Source: Candidatus Velamenicoccus archaeovorus (GTDB taxonomy: Bacteria; Omnitrophota; Gorgyraeia; Velamenicoccales; Velamenicoccaceae). From it: a stretch of DNA of 32,000 bases. Position numbers and translations under genes: made by a program. The stretch spans positions 900,001-932,000 of the forward strand of contig NZ_CP019384.1 in the NCBI RefSeq assembly GCF_004102945.1, given 5' to 3'. This document shows positions 30,609-32,000 of the stretch, one piece after another; the first letter of the stretch is position 1; each line of letters opens with the position of its first letter. The notes beneath the pieces were generated by a model that saw only the letters and a list, made by a program, of their open reading frames with translations, was not told where the DNA came from and ran no database searches.

Positions 30609-31550
30609 CTAAACGGGTCGAAATTCCCTGGATCCGAAGAGCCGGGGATATTCGATCCACGGGCCTTCGCATTGATTAAACCAGCGGCACGGCGCGCACG
30701 TCGGGAATTTCGTTTTGGCCTGGAATTTACGGACGATATCGAAATTGTCGACCGTTTGGTGGATTTCCTTGCATTGAGCCGGTGGAATAAAAAATTCGGA
30801 AGCGCAGCGTTCATAAGGCGCCAGGAGACAAAACGGCACGGCCTCCACCATGACGCGCCGTCCAGCCCGCAGGCCGATCTCAAGTCCCTTCTTGATGAAC
30901 GGCGCCGCCGCGCCGGCTTTCGGGACGATTTTTTTGTAGTAAATCATGGCGTTGCCTTGGATATGGACAAAAGCGAACTGGAACTGGATGACGCCTAGCT
31001 TGACCAGCAGTTCTGCCAGTTCGGGCAAAAAACGGTAATTCTGTTTTGTCACGACCGTGTTGGTGAGCGTTTTGATCCCCAGGCGGCACATGTTGTGGAT
31101 CCCCAGAACGGTCTGACGCCAGCTTCCCGGAGAACGCGTGAGGCCGTCGTGGATGGCCGCCGTCGGGCCGTGGAGCGCAGGCGCGAACGTCGTCATCCCC
31201 GCGCGTATCATCTGTTTGCAGAAATTCTCGTCCGCGAATTTCCGGCCGTTGGTCTGTATCTGGATTTCGGTGAAACCTGTCGCTTTGGCAAAGGCGACAA
31301 TTTCTTCGATGTCCGGCCTTATGCTGACTTCTCCTCCTGTCAGGACCACATCGGTTTTTCCTTCGCGGAAGGATTCGACGAGCTCGCGCTTGATCTGGCC
31401 GGTTGTCTTCTCGCCGAAAGGCCTCTTGTCCGCAACGACACAGAACAGGCAGTCGTTGGAACATTTGTACCCTACCTTGAGGTCGACCCGGCGGATCACA
31501 GGAACTTCATCTACGAAGTCTTGTTGAGGTAAAACAGGTAGTTTGCCCAT
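30609..31550 (-). CDS. Radical SAM protein (same subfamily as the rSAM domain of the GT fusion; HxsC-position candidate)
   Basis: DLKVGYKCSNDCLFC, LTGGEVS and IQIQTNG. The C-terminus carries VPFC...CAPCRWFNQCEG...EFRPV, which parallels FPYC...CQRCAYHQRCEG...EFKPI of 3639-5747. Confidence 0.8.
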   Translation of the reverse strand: MGKLPVLPQQDFVDEVPVIRRVDLKVGYKCSNDCLFCVVADKRPFGEKTTGQIKRELVESFREGKTDVVLTGGEVSIRPDIEEIVAFAKATGFTEIQIQTNGRKFADENFCKQMIRAGMTTFAPALHGPTAAIHDGLTRSPGSWRQTVLGIHNMCRLGIKTLTNTVVTKQNYRFLPELAELLVKLGVIQFQFAFVHIQGNAMIYYKKIVPKAGAAAPFIKKGLEIGLRAGRRVMVEAVPFCLLAPYERCASEFFIPPAQCKEIHQTVDNFDIVRKFQAKTKFPTCAPCRWFNQCEGPWIEYPRLFGSREFRPV

Positions 31551-31735
31551 TCAAGGACGTCTTTCAACTGAGCGTTTTTCAATTCGCAGTGACGATAGCT
31601 TTTATCTTTGGTTTTCAACTCTTTGACCCATCCCTTGTCCTCTTTGAGGAGGCGGTCAAGGGGTTCTTGTTTGTAAAGGTCTTTATGGAACTTGAGAACG
31701 AAACTATTTTTTCCCTTTTTTTGCAACGGAAACAT
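31511..31735 (-). CDS. Small hypothetical protein (74 aa), possible HxsD-like companion
   Basis: GAGGAGG lies about 9 nt upstream of ATG 31735. It overlaps both neighbours (32 nt and 40 nt). The sequence ends ...LKDVLEWANYLFYLNKTS. Confidence 0.45.
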   Translation of the reverse strand: MFPLQKKGKNSFVLKFHKDLYKQEPLDRLLKEDKGWVKELKTKDKSYRHCELKNAQLKDVLEWANYLFYLNKTS

Positions 31736-32000
31736 TCTTTTCTTCCTCCTCGAGCTCTTTGATCAGGTCTTCGATTTCTTTTTCCTCGGCCTCCTGGACG
31801 AGCGATGGGGCTGTTGAGAACAGGGCCCTCTGCATGAGCGATTTGATGGCATCGGCGTTGGCCTTGACGCGCGTGAAGTAATGCGCGTAATTCAACAGCT
31901 CATTATAAAATTCCATGGCCAGTTTTTTCAGATCGGCCGACTCATTCTGGGGGTACAGATAGACGAAGAATTTGTCCGCTGACTGGTCCAGCAGGATATA
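31704..32000 (-). CDS. Partial CDS (C-terminal about 98 codons; the frame is open to the window edge), small acidic-tailed protein
   Basis: The frame stays open from 32000 down to the stop at 31704: YILLDQSADKFFVYLYPQNESADLKKLAMEFYNELLNYAHYFTRV...EEEKEIEDLIKELEEEEK. The ORF-track start (ATG 31916) is probably internal. Confidence 0.5.
   Translation of the reverse strand, partial: YILLDQSADKFFVYLYPQNESADLKKLAMEFYNELLNYAHYFTRVKANADAIKSLMQRALFSTAPSLVQEAEEKEIEDLIKELEEEEKNVSVAKKGKK

Noticed and set aside
1-32000. Search for CRISPR arrays, tRNA/rRNA genes, transposases, integrases, toxin-antitoxin pairs and phage genes.
   Set aside because: I saw no periodic repeat-spacer structure and no cloverleaf-compatible or rRNA-like non-coding stretch; the gaps are all under 290 bp. 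I saw no DDE, tyrosine- or serine-recombinase motifs. The DUF5674 pair is small and coupled like a TA module, but I know of no evidence that it is one.

Overview
This 32-kb window is almost fully coding, with about 34 ORFs and many 4-20 nt gene overlaps. Most ORF-track entries opposite the real genes are mirror-frame artefacts.

Left edge (1-2123): a housekeeping pgk-tpiA operon on the minus strand with its own sigma70-like promoter, plus the probable first codons of a secG-like gene.

From about 2.1 kb to the right edge: an accessory island unusually dense in radical SAM (rSAM) enzymes.
- Twelve proteins carry a CX3CX2C box. They include a four-member paralogous family with a CX12GX4C SPASM/twitch-type motif, a second paralogous pair, and a glycosyltransferase-rSAM fusion.
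- Interleaved with them are two U32-family (UbiU/UbiV-like) proteins, an ABBA-prenyltransferase-like protein, PaaK-like and AsnB-like adenylating enzymes, two GT-B glycosyltransferases, a DegT-type aminotransferase, an APH-type kinase, a NodB-like deacetylase and a prepilin-peptidase (A24)-like membrane protein.

Right end (27.8-32 kb): this looks like a variant His-Xaa-Ser (Hxs) peptide-maturation locus. A 90-aa protein ending HVS-HYS-HSS-HGS sits next to a 478-aa rSAM/SPASM enzyme, with a second rSAM and small companion proteins. The locus is interrupted by an intrinsic terminator and a DUF5674-type gene pair.

I recognised no rRNA, tRNA, CRISPR array, transposase or integrase. The island's product is unknown, and I could not match the gene set to any characterised pathway class. 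All family calls come from reading motifs by eye, not from database searches.
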